Positions 1 to 8,390 of a stretch of DNA of 64,000 nucleotides are shown here, piece by piece (position 1 is the stretch's first letter; each line of letters begins with the position of its first letter). The notes under the pieces are model-generated. The model was not told where the DNA came from. It ran no database searches and saw nothing but the letters and a program-made list of their open reading frames with translations. Both the position numbers and the translations under genes were made by a program. The stretch lies in the NCBI GenBank assembly GCA_045600825.1, contig JAZRYP010000012.1:3321-67320 (forward strand), written 5' to 3'. This stretch comes from Bacteroidaceae bacterium. GTDB lineage: Bacteria > Bacteroidota > Bacteroidia > Bacteroidales > Bacteroidaceae.

Positions 1-2
1 CA

Positions 3-1706
3 TCTACTTTAAAAGAAATTGGAGCATATGCATTTAATGCTCAAACACGTATGTGTTGTGATATTACATTTCCTGAGGGCTTCCTTGTTATAAAGGAAGG
101 TGCTTTTAAAGATTGCCCGTCTATTACGGGCATCAAACTCCCTTCCACCACTCAGACAATTCAAAAGGGAGCATTTCGAAATTGTTTCAATGTTTCACGC
201 ATAGTCTGCAACGCGATTGAGCCGCCAACCGTATTGGACTATGCTTTTGACGGTGTTGCCAAGGATAACTTTACAGTCGAAGTTCCGGCACAGTCTGTCA
301 AGAAATATCAGGCAGATCCTGTATGGGGTGAGTTCAAGCGTATTGCTGCACACTATGATTTCTCGCTTAGCCGCGATAAGATGCGTGCTCTGAACGGAGA
401 AATGACACGCACATTTACTCTTCGTGCTCCTGCAGGCTTCAACTGGAGCATAGAGAGCAAACCGGATTGGGTGACAGTAAGCCAGGAATCCGGAACAGGC
501 AAGGCTGACATCACCGTCACAGTCAGCGCAATGGAAAGAACGGACGAGATGTTTGAAGTGAACGAAGGAACATATAACTATCCGGATTATAAACAATACA
601 AAGGTCGTAGCGGAGAAGTTGTTTTCAGCCTTGACGAGAAGGATTACACCTGTACTCTGGAGGTGGAACAATACGACTACGATTATGCTGACGGTTATGT
701 CAAAACCCACCAGGATGCAACACAAGGCAATGGCATTGACATTATATTCATAGGCGACGGCTACGATGCCAGAGATATTGCCAGTGGTACCTTTGTCAGC
801 AATGCCGATGAGGCGTACAACGCATTCTTTGACCTGGAGCCGTACAAGACATACAAGGATTATTTCAATGTGTATTCCGTTATGTCAATGTCCGATGAAA
901 GCGGCATAGGTACGGTCAACACCATCCGGGACACCAAGTTCGGCACATACTTTACCCAGAACCGCATAATGATTCCAGATGTGGAGCCTATGTTTGAGTG
1001 GGCAAAGAAGGCAGACAATGATGTGGATTTCACCAAGGCACTTGTTATCAACCTGGTGAATACATCAACTTACGAAGGAATCTGTGCAATGTATGGCGAC
1101 GGTTCAGCCATTGCATTCTGCCCTGTAAGCCGCGATGCCTATCCTTACGATTTCCGTGGAATTGTCCAGCACGAAGCCGGCGGTCACGGATTCGGCAAGC
1201 TTGGCGACGAGTACATCTATCACAACGCTTTTATTCAGACTTGCGGCTGTATATGTTGCGACCATGGTAACGTATTCAATGCAATGAAGGAGAAAGGCTG
1301 GTACAGGAATCTGTCCATGAGCGGCGATGCCAATCAGGTTCCGTGGGCGCATCTGATATATCACAGCAAATATTCCGATTATGTGGATATGTACGAGGGT
1401 GGCTATATGCACAGCCGCGGCGTGTATCGCAGCGAGGCTACCAGCTGTATGAACAACAACATACCTTACTACTCGGCAATCAGCCGTCAGGCTATTGTGG
1501 AGAGGATTATGGAGATTGCGGGCGAGGAATTCACACTTGAGAAGTTCTATCAGAATGACAGCGATGCTTTCGGCACCATTACCAAGGGTGCCTGGGCTGT
1601 GCCGTTTGACCGCACCTTCGGCGTGGATCCAAAGTGGAGCCGTGGCAGTGAGAAGGGTTCGGTTGTCTATATGGGTGAGCATCCTGATTACAGCAAAATC
1701 AAATAA
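3..1706 (+). CDS. LRR(BspA-like)-BACON-peptidase M64 (IgA-peptidase-like zinc metalloprotease), 5' partial
   Basis: Open in frame from nt 3 (STLKEIGAYAFN..), so the N-terminus lies upstream of the window. BspA-type leucine-rich repeats (IKEGAFKDCPSITGIKLPSTTQTIQKGAFRNC). BACON-like segment (FNWSIESKPDWVTVSQESGTGKADITVTV). M64-type zinc site HEAGGHGFGKLGDEY. Confidence 0.75.
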   Translation, partial: STLKEIGAYAFNAQTRMCCDITFPEGFLVIKEGAFKDCPSITGIKLPSTTQTIQKGAFRNCFNVSRIVCNAIEPPTVLDYAFDGVAKDNFTVEVPAQSVKKYQADPVWGEFKRIAAHYDFSLSRDKMRALNGEMTRTFTLRAPAGFNWSIESKPDWVTVSQESGTGKADITVTVSAMERTDEMFEVNEGTYNYPDYKQYKGRSGEVVFSLDEKDYTCTLEVEQYDYDYADGYVKTHQDATQGNGIDIIFIGDGYDARDIASGTFVSNADEAYNAFFDLEPYKTYKDYFNVYSVMSMSDESGIGTVNTIRDTKFGTYFTQNRIMIPDVEPMFEWAKKADNDVDFTKALVINLVNTSTYEGICAMYGDGSAIAFCPVSRDAYPYDFRGIVQHEAGGHGFGKLGDEYIYHNAFIQTCGCICCDHGNVFNAMKEKGWYRNLSMSGDANQVPWAHLIYHSKYSDYVDMYEGGYMHSRGVYRSEATSCMNNNIPYYSAISRQAIVERIMEIAGEEFTLEKFYQNDSDAFGTITKGAWAVPFDRTFGVDPKWSRGSEKGSVVYMGEHPDYSKIK

Positions 1707-1718
1707 GGAGGAACGGAT

Positions 1719-2600
1719 ATGAAAAAGACAATATTGTTTGCAATTGCAGTTTTTGCTTTGGCATCGTGCTCAAAGCAGAGTTTGTCAGATATCAATTCTG
1801 ACGAAATCCGCTTCAACATCAGTCTGCCCGATGGCTGTGCGTTGAAGTCAGCTACAAAGGCAACCGCCACATCGTTCCAGAACGGCGATGTACTGAGCCT
1901 GTATGCTGTGGAATACAGTGGTGAAACGCCGATGCCGCTTCAGGTGGGCGGCAACTTCCTGAACAACGAGAAGCTCACGTACAATGGCAGTACGTGGCAG
2001 TCGGCACGTACGCTCTACTGGAGCACTTTTGCCTGCGATTTCTATGGACTGTATCCGTATCAGCCTTCCATCGGCTCCATTGACAGATATCCGTTCTCGC
2101 TTGAGGCCAATCAGAATGGTGCAGGATACGAGGCTTCGGATTTGCTCTATGCCAAGGCAGAGGCAGTAAGCCGCGCGGACGGCAGTGTGAATCTGCAGTT
2201 CCGGCACATGATGTCAAAGTGCCGCGTGGTTATCGAGAAAGGTCCTAAGTTTGAAGGCGACATTCCCGATGACATTGTAGCCCACATCTACAACACTATA
2301 ACGGACTGCACGGTGAATCTGGAAACGGGTTCGGTCGAGAAGGACCCGTTCGGTGCCAAAAATACTGTCACTATGAAGAAACTGTCCAACACGGAATTCG
2401 AGGCAGTATTGGTTCCGCAGAACCTTGAGAAGCGCACTCCGCTGATAGAGCTGACTATGGGCGGCATTGCGTATCTGCTCGAAACATCGCTCAGCTTCCG
2501 TCCGGGCTATGTCCATACCCTGACTGTGACACTGAACACATCGCCCGACCAGGAGATGATAGAAATCAACATCAGTCCCGAGACCGGCGACTGGAACTGA
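1719..2600 (+). CDS. fimbrillin-family (Mfa-like) lipoprotein
   Basis: Lipoprotein signal MKKTILFAIAVFALASC. Fimbrillin-like hallmarks are present (FQNGDVLSLYA, DFYGLYPY, DLLYAKA, VNLQFRHMMSKCRV, GYVHTLTVTL). ATG lies 12 nt after the M64 gene stop. Confidence 0.65.
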   Translation: MKKTILFAIAVFALASCSKQSLSDINSDEIRFNISLPDGCALKSATKATATSFQNGDVLSLYAVEYSGETPMPLQVGGNFLNNEKLTYNGSTWQSARTLYWSTFACDFYGLYPYQPSIGSIDRYPFSLEANQNGAGYEASDLLYAKAEAVSRADGSVNLQFRHMMSKCRVVIEKGPKFEGDIPDDIVAHIYNTITDCTVNLETGSVEKDPFGAKNTVTMKKLSNTEFEAVLVPQNLEKRTPLIELTMGGIAYLLETSLSFRPGYVHTLTVTLNTSPDQEMIEINISPETGDWN

Positions 2601-2614
2601 TTTCACACTAGCAA

Positions 2615-2660
2615 CCGCCCCGTTGGACTCATTTATCCACCGGGGCGGGTTTTTTTTTTT
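2615..2660 (+). terminator. Rho-independent terminator after the fimbrillin-like gene
   Basis: 8-bp GC stem CCGCCCCG (2615-2622) pairs with CGGGGCGG (2641-2648). An 18-nt loop separates the arms. A T11 run follows at 2650-2660. Confidence 0.55.
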
Positions 2661-3390
2661 GGGGGGGGCAACTCATTGTCATTAATTCCAGTTGTTTCTC
2701 ACAGCGGACTCTGACCGTTCCGGAATGGTTTTCCATTATCCAGAACGAGTCTGAAAAGCGGCGCACTATGTCAAGGTCGTGCGATGAGACGAGGATGGTC
2801 TTGCCTTCGTCGTGAGCCAGACGGAGCAGCAGGCGCATCAGTTCCTCCTTGCTCGGGTAGTCCAGAAAAGCCGACGGCTCATCAAGAAGTATCACCGGAG
2901 TCTGCTGAGCCAGCGCCTTGGCTATCATAACCTTCTGGCATTCGCCGTCGCTGAGTGCAGAGGCATAGCACTCTGCAAGATTTTCAATTCCAACCAGTCT
3001 CATAGCCTGAAGTACCGCGGCTTCGTCATCTGCGGAAAGTGTTCCCAACAGCCCTGTGAACGGAGCACGCCCGAATCCGACTATATCATATACAGTCAGG
3101 CGTGCGAGCTCCGGACGCTCCGTCAGAACCACGCCTATCATCCGTGAGCGTTCTGTCTGGGTCATCGCGGCTACAGTGGCCGTCTTTGTTCCAAAGCCGA
3201 CCGTAACACTGCCGGCCAACGGTTTCTGGAAGCCGCCGATTGTGCGGAGCAAGGTGGATTTGCCTATTCCGTTCACACCCACGAGGCACACCAGGGAACC
3301 ATCGGCAGTCTCAGCGCACAGGTTTTCAGCCACAGGCGTACTACGTTTGCCCGACAGATAGCCTATTGACAGATTATCAAGCCGTATCAT
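2629..3390 (-). CDS. ABC transporter ATP-binding protein (FepC/BtuD-like), no permease or binding protein adjacent
   Basis: Walker A GVNGIGKST, signature LSDGECQKV, Walker B ILLDEPSAFLD, H-loop SSHD. ATG start lies 4 nt after the STAS gene stop. Confidence 0.85.
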   Translation of the reverse strand: MIRLDNLSIGYLSGKRSTPVAENLCAETADGSLVCLVGVNGIGKSTLLRTIGGFQKPLAGSVTVGFGTKTATVAAMTQTERSRMIGVVLTERPELARLTVYDIVGFGRAPFTGLLGTLSADDEAAVLQAMRLVGIENLAECYASALSDGECQKVMIAKALAQQTPVILLDEPSAFLDYPSKEELMRLLLRLAHDEGKTILVSSHDLDIVRRFSDSFWIMENHSGTVRVRCEKQLELMTMSCPPQKKKPAPVDK

Positions 3391-3394
3391 TGTT

Positions 3395-3706
3395 TCAAGA
3401 CGGATTCTTAGCCTTGATGTCGAGTTTTGAGTCTATGTTTGTCATCTTGAAAATGCTCATCACCTGGGGGCAGACATTTATGATTGAAAATGATGCGCCT
3501 AGTGACAAGGACTTTTTGTTAGCCAGCAGGACCTGTCTGAGACCTGCGGAAGCCATATATTCCACAAGATCAAAATCCAGAATCAGAGAGCCGGCCTCGG
3601 TTACGGACTCGACCGCATCGCCAAGTTCAGGAGATGAAGCGGTATCAAGCCAACCCTCCGGCTTGATTATTACAGTACCATTCTCAACAGTCTTTGTGAT
3701 TTGCAT
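3395..3706 (-). CDS. STAS-domain anti-sigma-factor-antagonist-like protein (SpoIIAA/RsbV family)
   Basis: 103 aa with the typical STAS layout (VIIKPEGWLD.., LILDFDLVEYMASAGL with a conserved Ser, FSIINVCPQVMSIFKMT). Start lies 1 nt after the upstream gene stop. Confidence 0.8.
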   Translation of the reverse strand: MQITKTVENGTVIIKPEGWLDTASSPELGDAVESVTEAGSLILDFDLVEYMASAGLRQVLLANKKSLSLGASFSIINVCPQVMSIFKMTNIDSKLDIKAKNPS

Positions 3707-3707
3707 A

Positions 3708-5690
3708 TTATTGTTTCATTAATGTTTTTGAAATTGTCAGGATATTCTTTCCATCGGTATATTCATAGTCAACCGAATCAGCGACAGTGAACGCAATAAA
3801 CCTTCCGAGCCCGCCTACCCTCGTATCAATGTCATACTCGTCTGTCGATGGCATATTCTTTCTGGGATCAAACTGACGGCCTCCGTCAACGAAGCGCAAT
3901 ACCGCCTGATTGGAATATTCCAGTGAGAAAAGTATCTTCTCCCCCTCGGGAACCTTACCGTCGAATGCGTATGAGCATATATTCACGAAACATTCCTCGG
4001 CGGCTACGCACAAGTCCAGTTTGAATTTGTCCGGCATACCGCTGTCCATTATCAGGGACTTTATTTTCTGGAATTCCCTGATATCATAATCAAGTGCTAT
4101 AGGAGCATTATCGCAAGCCATCAGCGACAGCATGGTAATATCGTCGTTCTGTTCTGCATTTCCGACAAAGGCTCTCACGGCATCATACACACGCCGCGCC
4201 GGATTAGAAACACCGAACGATGCCGCCAGCACATTCTCCAGCCTTTCAGTCCCGAAGAACTCACCTTTCTCATTTGCAGCCTCGTTGACGCCATCGGTAT
4301 AGAGCAGAAGGGTGTCACCCACATTCATCGGCACGGACACATCGGTATATTGTTCATCAGGAAATAGTCCAAGAGGAGAACCCGGAGTACCATCCAGCCG
4401 AATAAGCCTGTTACTTATTATATATGGCTGGTTGTGGCCGGCATTGGCATAAGTGACAATATGATTTTCAGAATCGTATATGGCTATGAACGCTGTCACG
4501 AACATCATTTTTGGGTTTTCCTCGGACAATGTGGAATTGACATTGCCAAGTATGCTGGCCGGACTGTGTCCAAGTCTGGCAAACTGACGGATAAGAGTCA
4601 GCGTAACCGCCATAAACATCGAGGCCGACATTCCCTTGCCTGATACATCGGCCACCACTGCCATTGTGTGGTTGTCGTCAATACGGATGTAGTCATACAG
4701 ATCACCTCCGATATATTTGGCAGGTTTCATTCCTGAATGAATACGGCAGTTCCCGATCAGGGCCTCTCTTGCCGGCAGAAGTCCGTTCTGGATTGACGCG
4801 GCAATGTCAATCTCCGCACTTTGACGTTCCTGTTCACGGCTCAGTTTCTCATTGTCCGTCATATAGCGGTCAATATCGTCAGACATACGGTTGAAGGCCT
4901 CAGAAATCATAGCGAACTCATAATATCCTTTCTCGTTCAGTCTTACCTTTGACCGCTGTCCTCCCTTCATATAGTCCTCTATAGCCTTACTGATATTCTT
5001 AGCAGGAAGTGATGCTTTACGTGATATAAGCAGATGGAAGATTGCTATTGCCAACGCGATAATCACGAAAAAGACAATGGCAACTGTGATTATTCTGCTC
5101 TGAATCTGGGATTTTATCTCATCATTCGATACGGCACATCCCAGAATCACCTTGTTTCCGAATGCGTCCTTTACAAGATACTCAATCTCCACATCAGACG
5201 GGACAAGCGCAGCATCCAGAACCGCAAATGCCATCTCGCCGTTCCATAGCGCAAGTTCATCGTCAGTAAGTTTATAATTAACCACGCATCCCACTATCGT
5301 GTCCCCTCGGTAAGCATTGAATTTCCCTGCAAGTTTCTCATCACAGGAGAATGAAAGTAGCGTAATGGTACCATTCTCCACATCCGGCGCGTAGAGATAT
5401 ACATAATCCACATTGTACCACTTGCAGAAATAATCGCCTATAAAATCCGCATCACTGCTGTAATTAAGATCTATCGGAATATGCCTCTGCTCACTCTCGT
5501 AGCACATCATATCGCCATATACGGACAGCAGCATCTTCGCATATCTCTGACTGTTTTCCATTACATTCTGTGATACGACCCTGTAGGAAAAAGACATAAT
5601 GATGATTGCACAGGCAGCCATCAGCAAGGCCATTCTTCCAGTAAGACTTATAGCTATGGAACTATTTTTGTACTTTTCCTTTTTCTTCAC
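3708..5690 (-). CDS. Membrane sensor: HAMP - SpoIIE/PP2C phosphatase - RsbW/SpoIIAB-like GHKL kinase fusion
   Basis: Two TM helices flank a ~160-aa extracytoplasmic segment. PP2C motifs are DVSGKGMSASMF and LLLYTDGVNEA. The C-terminal ATPase-like module has AAEECFVNICSYAF, VDGGRQFDP and VGGLGRFI. The ORF opens with GTG at 5690. The first ATG is at 5633. Confidence 0.8.
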   Translation of the reverse strand: MKKKEKYKNSSIAISLTGRMALLMAACAIIIMSFSYRVVSQNVMENSQRYAKMLLSVYGDMMCYESEQRHIPIDLNYSSDADFIGDYFCKWYNVDYVYLYAPDVENGTITLLSFSCDEKLAGKFNAYRGDTIVGCVVNYKLTDDELALWNGEMAFAVLDAALVPSDVEIEYLVKDAFGNKVILGCAVSNDEIKSQIQSRIITVAIVFFVIIALAIAIFHLLISRKASLPAKNISKAIEDYMKGGQRSKVRLNEKGYYEFAMISEAFNRMSDDIDRYMTDNEKLSREQERQSAEIDIAASIQNGLLPAREALIGNCRIHSGMKPAKYIGGDLYDYIRIDDNHTMAVVADVSGKGMSASMFMAVTLTLIRQFARLGHSPASILGNVNSTLSEENPKMMFVTAFIAIYDSENHIVTYANAGHNQPYIISNRLIRLDGTPGSPLGLFPDEQYTDVSVPMNVGDTLLLYTDGVNEAANEKGEFFGTERLENVLAASFGVSNPARRVYDAVRAFVGNAEQNDDITMLSLMACDNAPIALDYDIREFQKIKSLIMDSGMPDKFKLDLCVAAEECFVNICSYAFDGKVPEGEKILFSLEYSNQAVLRFVDGGRQFDPRKNMPSTDEYDIDTRVGGLGRFIAFTVADSVDYEYTDGKNILTISKTLMKQ

Positions 5691-5726
5691 GCTACGGATT
5701 TGTCTGAATTCTCTTTCAAAACTACT

Positions 5727-7100
5727 CTAATTATCTGAGTTTCGCAAACCCGCAATGCGCGGAATAAGGAAAAGCGGGCTGAGACCCGGAGTCCTCCTCC
5801 TGATTACGCAGACCGGTATCAGCAGCAGAAGCGCAGACATCAGCTGACCTGCGGCAAAGCCGAGCCAGGGATTCAGAACCGTGTAACGGAGCGATATTTC
5901 CGAGAACAGCCAGAATCCGAAGAACGGAAGGATGGCCTGGACCACAGAAAGGAACAGTGCAAGATTATTGCGGGAGTAAATCTGATACACGGGAACGATA
6001 TTGCCTGTCAGCGTATGCAGGATTATCTGTATCGTGAAAGCCGGAATTGCAGCTACGGCAACGGAAATATTGCCGATATCCTCTACTCCGAGCAGCATTG
6101 TAATCTGTCGCGGAAAGGCAATGGTCAATGCTGAGAACACGGCCAGACTGACAAACAGGAACCTGTATGCCTTGCGTACCAGTCTGCGTATGCCGGCGGT
6201 ATCGTCACGTCCCTTCAGTATAGCTCCTATCGGCTGGATTGTGCGGTACGTTCCGTTCAGGAAAATGGTGGAGAACACCAGCAGCTGCATACAGACTGCA
6301 TACGCCACAAGTCCGCTGTCACCGAAATAACGGCTGCAGACTATATTGTTACAGGCAAACTGTACAGAGAGCAGGATTGAGCTGATGAACAGGGGCAGTC
6401 CATACGCTACGATAGGACGGACATCTGATTTGCGGACATTTACTGTCAGTCTCAGCGTACCGGCTTTCCGGAAATGCGGAAGCACCAGCAATATGCAGAC
6501 TATGTACATAATGCAGGTGGCAAGTGCAGCACCTGTTATTCCCCATCCGAGATATTTCATAAAGACGACATCCAGAACGAGATTCACGATGTTGCTTACT
6601 GTCACAGCAAAAGAGGCGCGTTTCGGCTCACCATCAACAGTGACATAAAAATCGACAGCCGTCATCAGCATCATAGGCACTGCCGAGAGCAGCATCACCC
6701 TCAGAAAATCACGCGCCAGAGGCATTACGGTCTCGGACTTGCAGAGCATACTGACAAGCGGTCCGAGAAAAGCCGTTCCAACCAGTGATATCAGCAACGC
6801 GACTGATACGGTCATTCCCATAGAAAGCGAGAAAATCCGGTTCGCACCCTCACAGTCCTTACGGCCTATTGCCATACCGACAAGCATAGTACCACCGCTG
6901 ACAAAGAACACAGACAGTGAGAAGATGGCCTGAAGCACCGGCCTGCATACATTGACAGCGGCCAGACCATTGTCGCCGACAAAATTGCCGACCAGGGAGG
7001 CATCCACTATATTGGCTACCTGAACGGCGGCTATGGTCAGAATTGAGGCAGACAGATAGCTGCCGAACATTCTGTCAACATCCGATGTGCTGTTCTCCAT
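5727..7100 (-). CDS. MATE-family efflux transporter
   Basis: 457 aa, about 12 predicted TM helices, MATE-like repeats (NIVDASLVGNFVG, GLAAVNV). The start codon overlaps the upstream stop (TGATG at 7098-7102). Confidence 0.8.
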   Translation of the reverse strand: MENSTSDVDRMFGSYLSASILTIAAVQVANIVDASLVGNFVGDNGLAAVNVCRPVLQAIFSLSVFFVSGGTMLVGMAIGRKDCEGANRIFSLSMGMTVSVALLISLVGTAFLGPLVSMLCKSETVMPLARDFLRVMLLSAVPMMLMTAVDFYVTVDGEPKRASFAVTVSNIVNLVLDVVFMKYLGWGITGAALATCIMYIVCILLVLPHFRKAGTLRLTVNVRKSDVRPIVAYGLPLFISSILLSVQFACNNIVCSRYFGDSGLVAYAVCMQLLVFSTIFLNGTYRTIQPIGAILKGRDDTAGIRRLVRKAYRFLFVSLAVFSALTIAFPRQITMLLGVEDIGNISVAVAAIPAFTIQIILHTLTGNIVPVYQIYSRNNLALFLSVVQAILPFFGFWLFSEISLRYTVLNPWLGFAAGQLMSALLLLIPVCVIRRRTPGLSPLFLIPRIAGLRNSDN

Positions 7101-8377
7101 CAGTCAACCCTGTGATCAATCACCTTCTTTATCTTGCCTGTTATCGGGTTGCGTGGCAGACTGCCGAGCGGCACAAGGCACACCTCATAGCGGTTGAAGA
7201 AACCTATCTTCAAACCGCCGGCAATGTCCTGGATATGCTGTGCCAGCACCTCTTCCAGACGATGCGCGGCATCAGCGTGCTTCTCAGGCTCGTCACACTC
7301 CACGTTCACGACCAGATCCATACGCGCGCCGGCCACATCGGCAAGCTCAATCTGGAAATTCAGGCTCAGTTCCTCCACCTCGCTCACGGCACGTTCAAAC
7401 TCGCCCACCGTGACGTATGCGCCCCCAAGCTTGAAATCCTCACCGGCACGGCCTGCCAGACGATACTTCCTGTCGGCACTGCCACAGGCGCAAGTATCGT
7501 CAATCCACGATGCAAGATCGCCTATGCGGTATCGGATAATAGGATGGAACTCACGTCTGAGACTGGTGACAAGAATCTCGCCGGTCTCACCGGGGCCGAC
7601 AGGTTCCATAGTGACAGGATTGACAATCTCTATCAGCTGGAAATCTGTGAGCGTGTGATATTCTCCGAATCCGCAGTCTGTACACTGATAGCCCATAATT
7701 CCACAGTCGCCACTCGTATATGCCAGAGGCTTTATCTCCTTGACGCCCAGCCATTTCCTGACGTGAGCCTCGGCCTCGCGGCTCATCTGTTCTCCGGCAT
7801 AGCAGGCCATACGCAAACCTTCAAACGGTTTATTGTCCTTCTTTGCTATGTCGGCCATCAGCACGAAAAATGTAGGAAGTGACAGGATTACCGTAGGCTT
7901 ATACTCCCGGCAAAGTTTGTATGCCTCGTCTATGCCGATATTCGCAGAAATGGGCAGATGTACACAGCCGCTGCGCATTATCATCTCGTGAGCGCCGATG
8001 AACGACGGCCAGAGATGGCCTGCAACGAACATATTCGCCACTATATCGTCCTTACTTACACCAAGCCTCATAAAAGCCTCGGCCTGTTTCTGACAGAAAT
8101 CGTTCCACTCGCTCTGCCTCAGGACTATGGTACGCGCTACCCCACTTGAGCCGCCGGTACTGCTCACGATGGCATCTTCCAGAACTCCTGTAAACATTGT
8201 CGTGGTACGCGGATACGTGTTATCGTAAAGCTCGGTACGCTCCAATACCGGAATCTTCCGCCACTCCTCCCAGGTGGATGGAATCTTACAGCCACTGTAT
8301 TTCTGCTTGTAATATGGTGCCTTGCAGGCTGTCTGAAAGATTTCCACCGCACGTTTCAGTTGATTGTCTTCTATCAT
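7100..8377 (-). CDS. Phenylacetate-CoA ligase / coenzyme F390 synthetase-like adenylate-forming enzyme
   Basis: PaaK-like N-terminus (APYYKQKY..IPSTWEEWRKIPVLERTEL). P-loop-like SSTGGSSGVART. GEILVTSL and IIRYRIGDLA motifs. Confidence 0.75.
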   Translation of the reverse strand: MIEDNQLKRAVEIFQTACKAPYYKQKYSGCKIPSTWEEWRKIPVLERTELYDNTYPRTTTMFTGVLEDAIVSSTGGSSGVARTIVLRQSEWNDFCQKQAEAFMRLGVSKDDIVANMFVAGHLWPSFIGAHEMIMRSGCVHLPISANIGIDEAYKLCREYKPTVILSLPTFFVLMADIAKKDNKPFEGLRMACYAGEQMSREAEAHVRKWLGVKEIKPLAYTSGDCGIMGYQCTDCGFGEYHTLTDFQLIEIVNPVTMEPVGPGETGEILVTSLRREFHPIIRYRIGDLASWIDDTCACGSADRKYRLAGRAGEDFKLGGAYVTVGEFERAVSEVEELSLNFQIELADVAGARMDLVVNVECDEPEKHADAAHRLEEVLAQHIQDIAGGLKIGFFNRYEVCLVPLGSLPRNPITGKIKKVIDHRVD

Positions 8378-8390
8378 AGCAATACGTATG

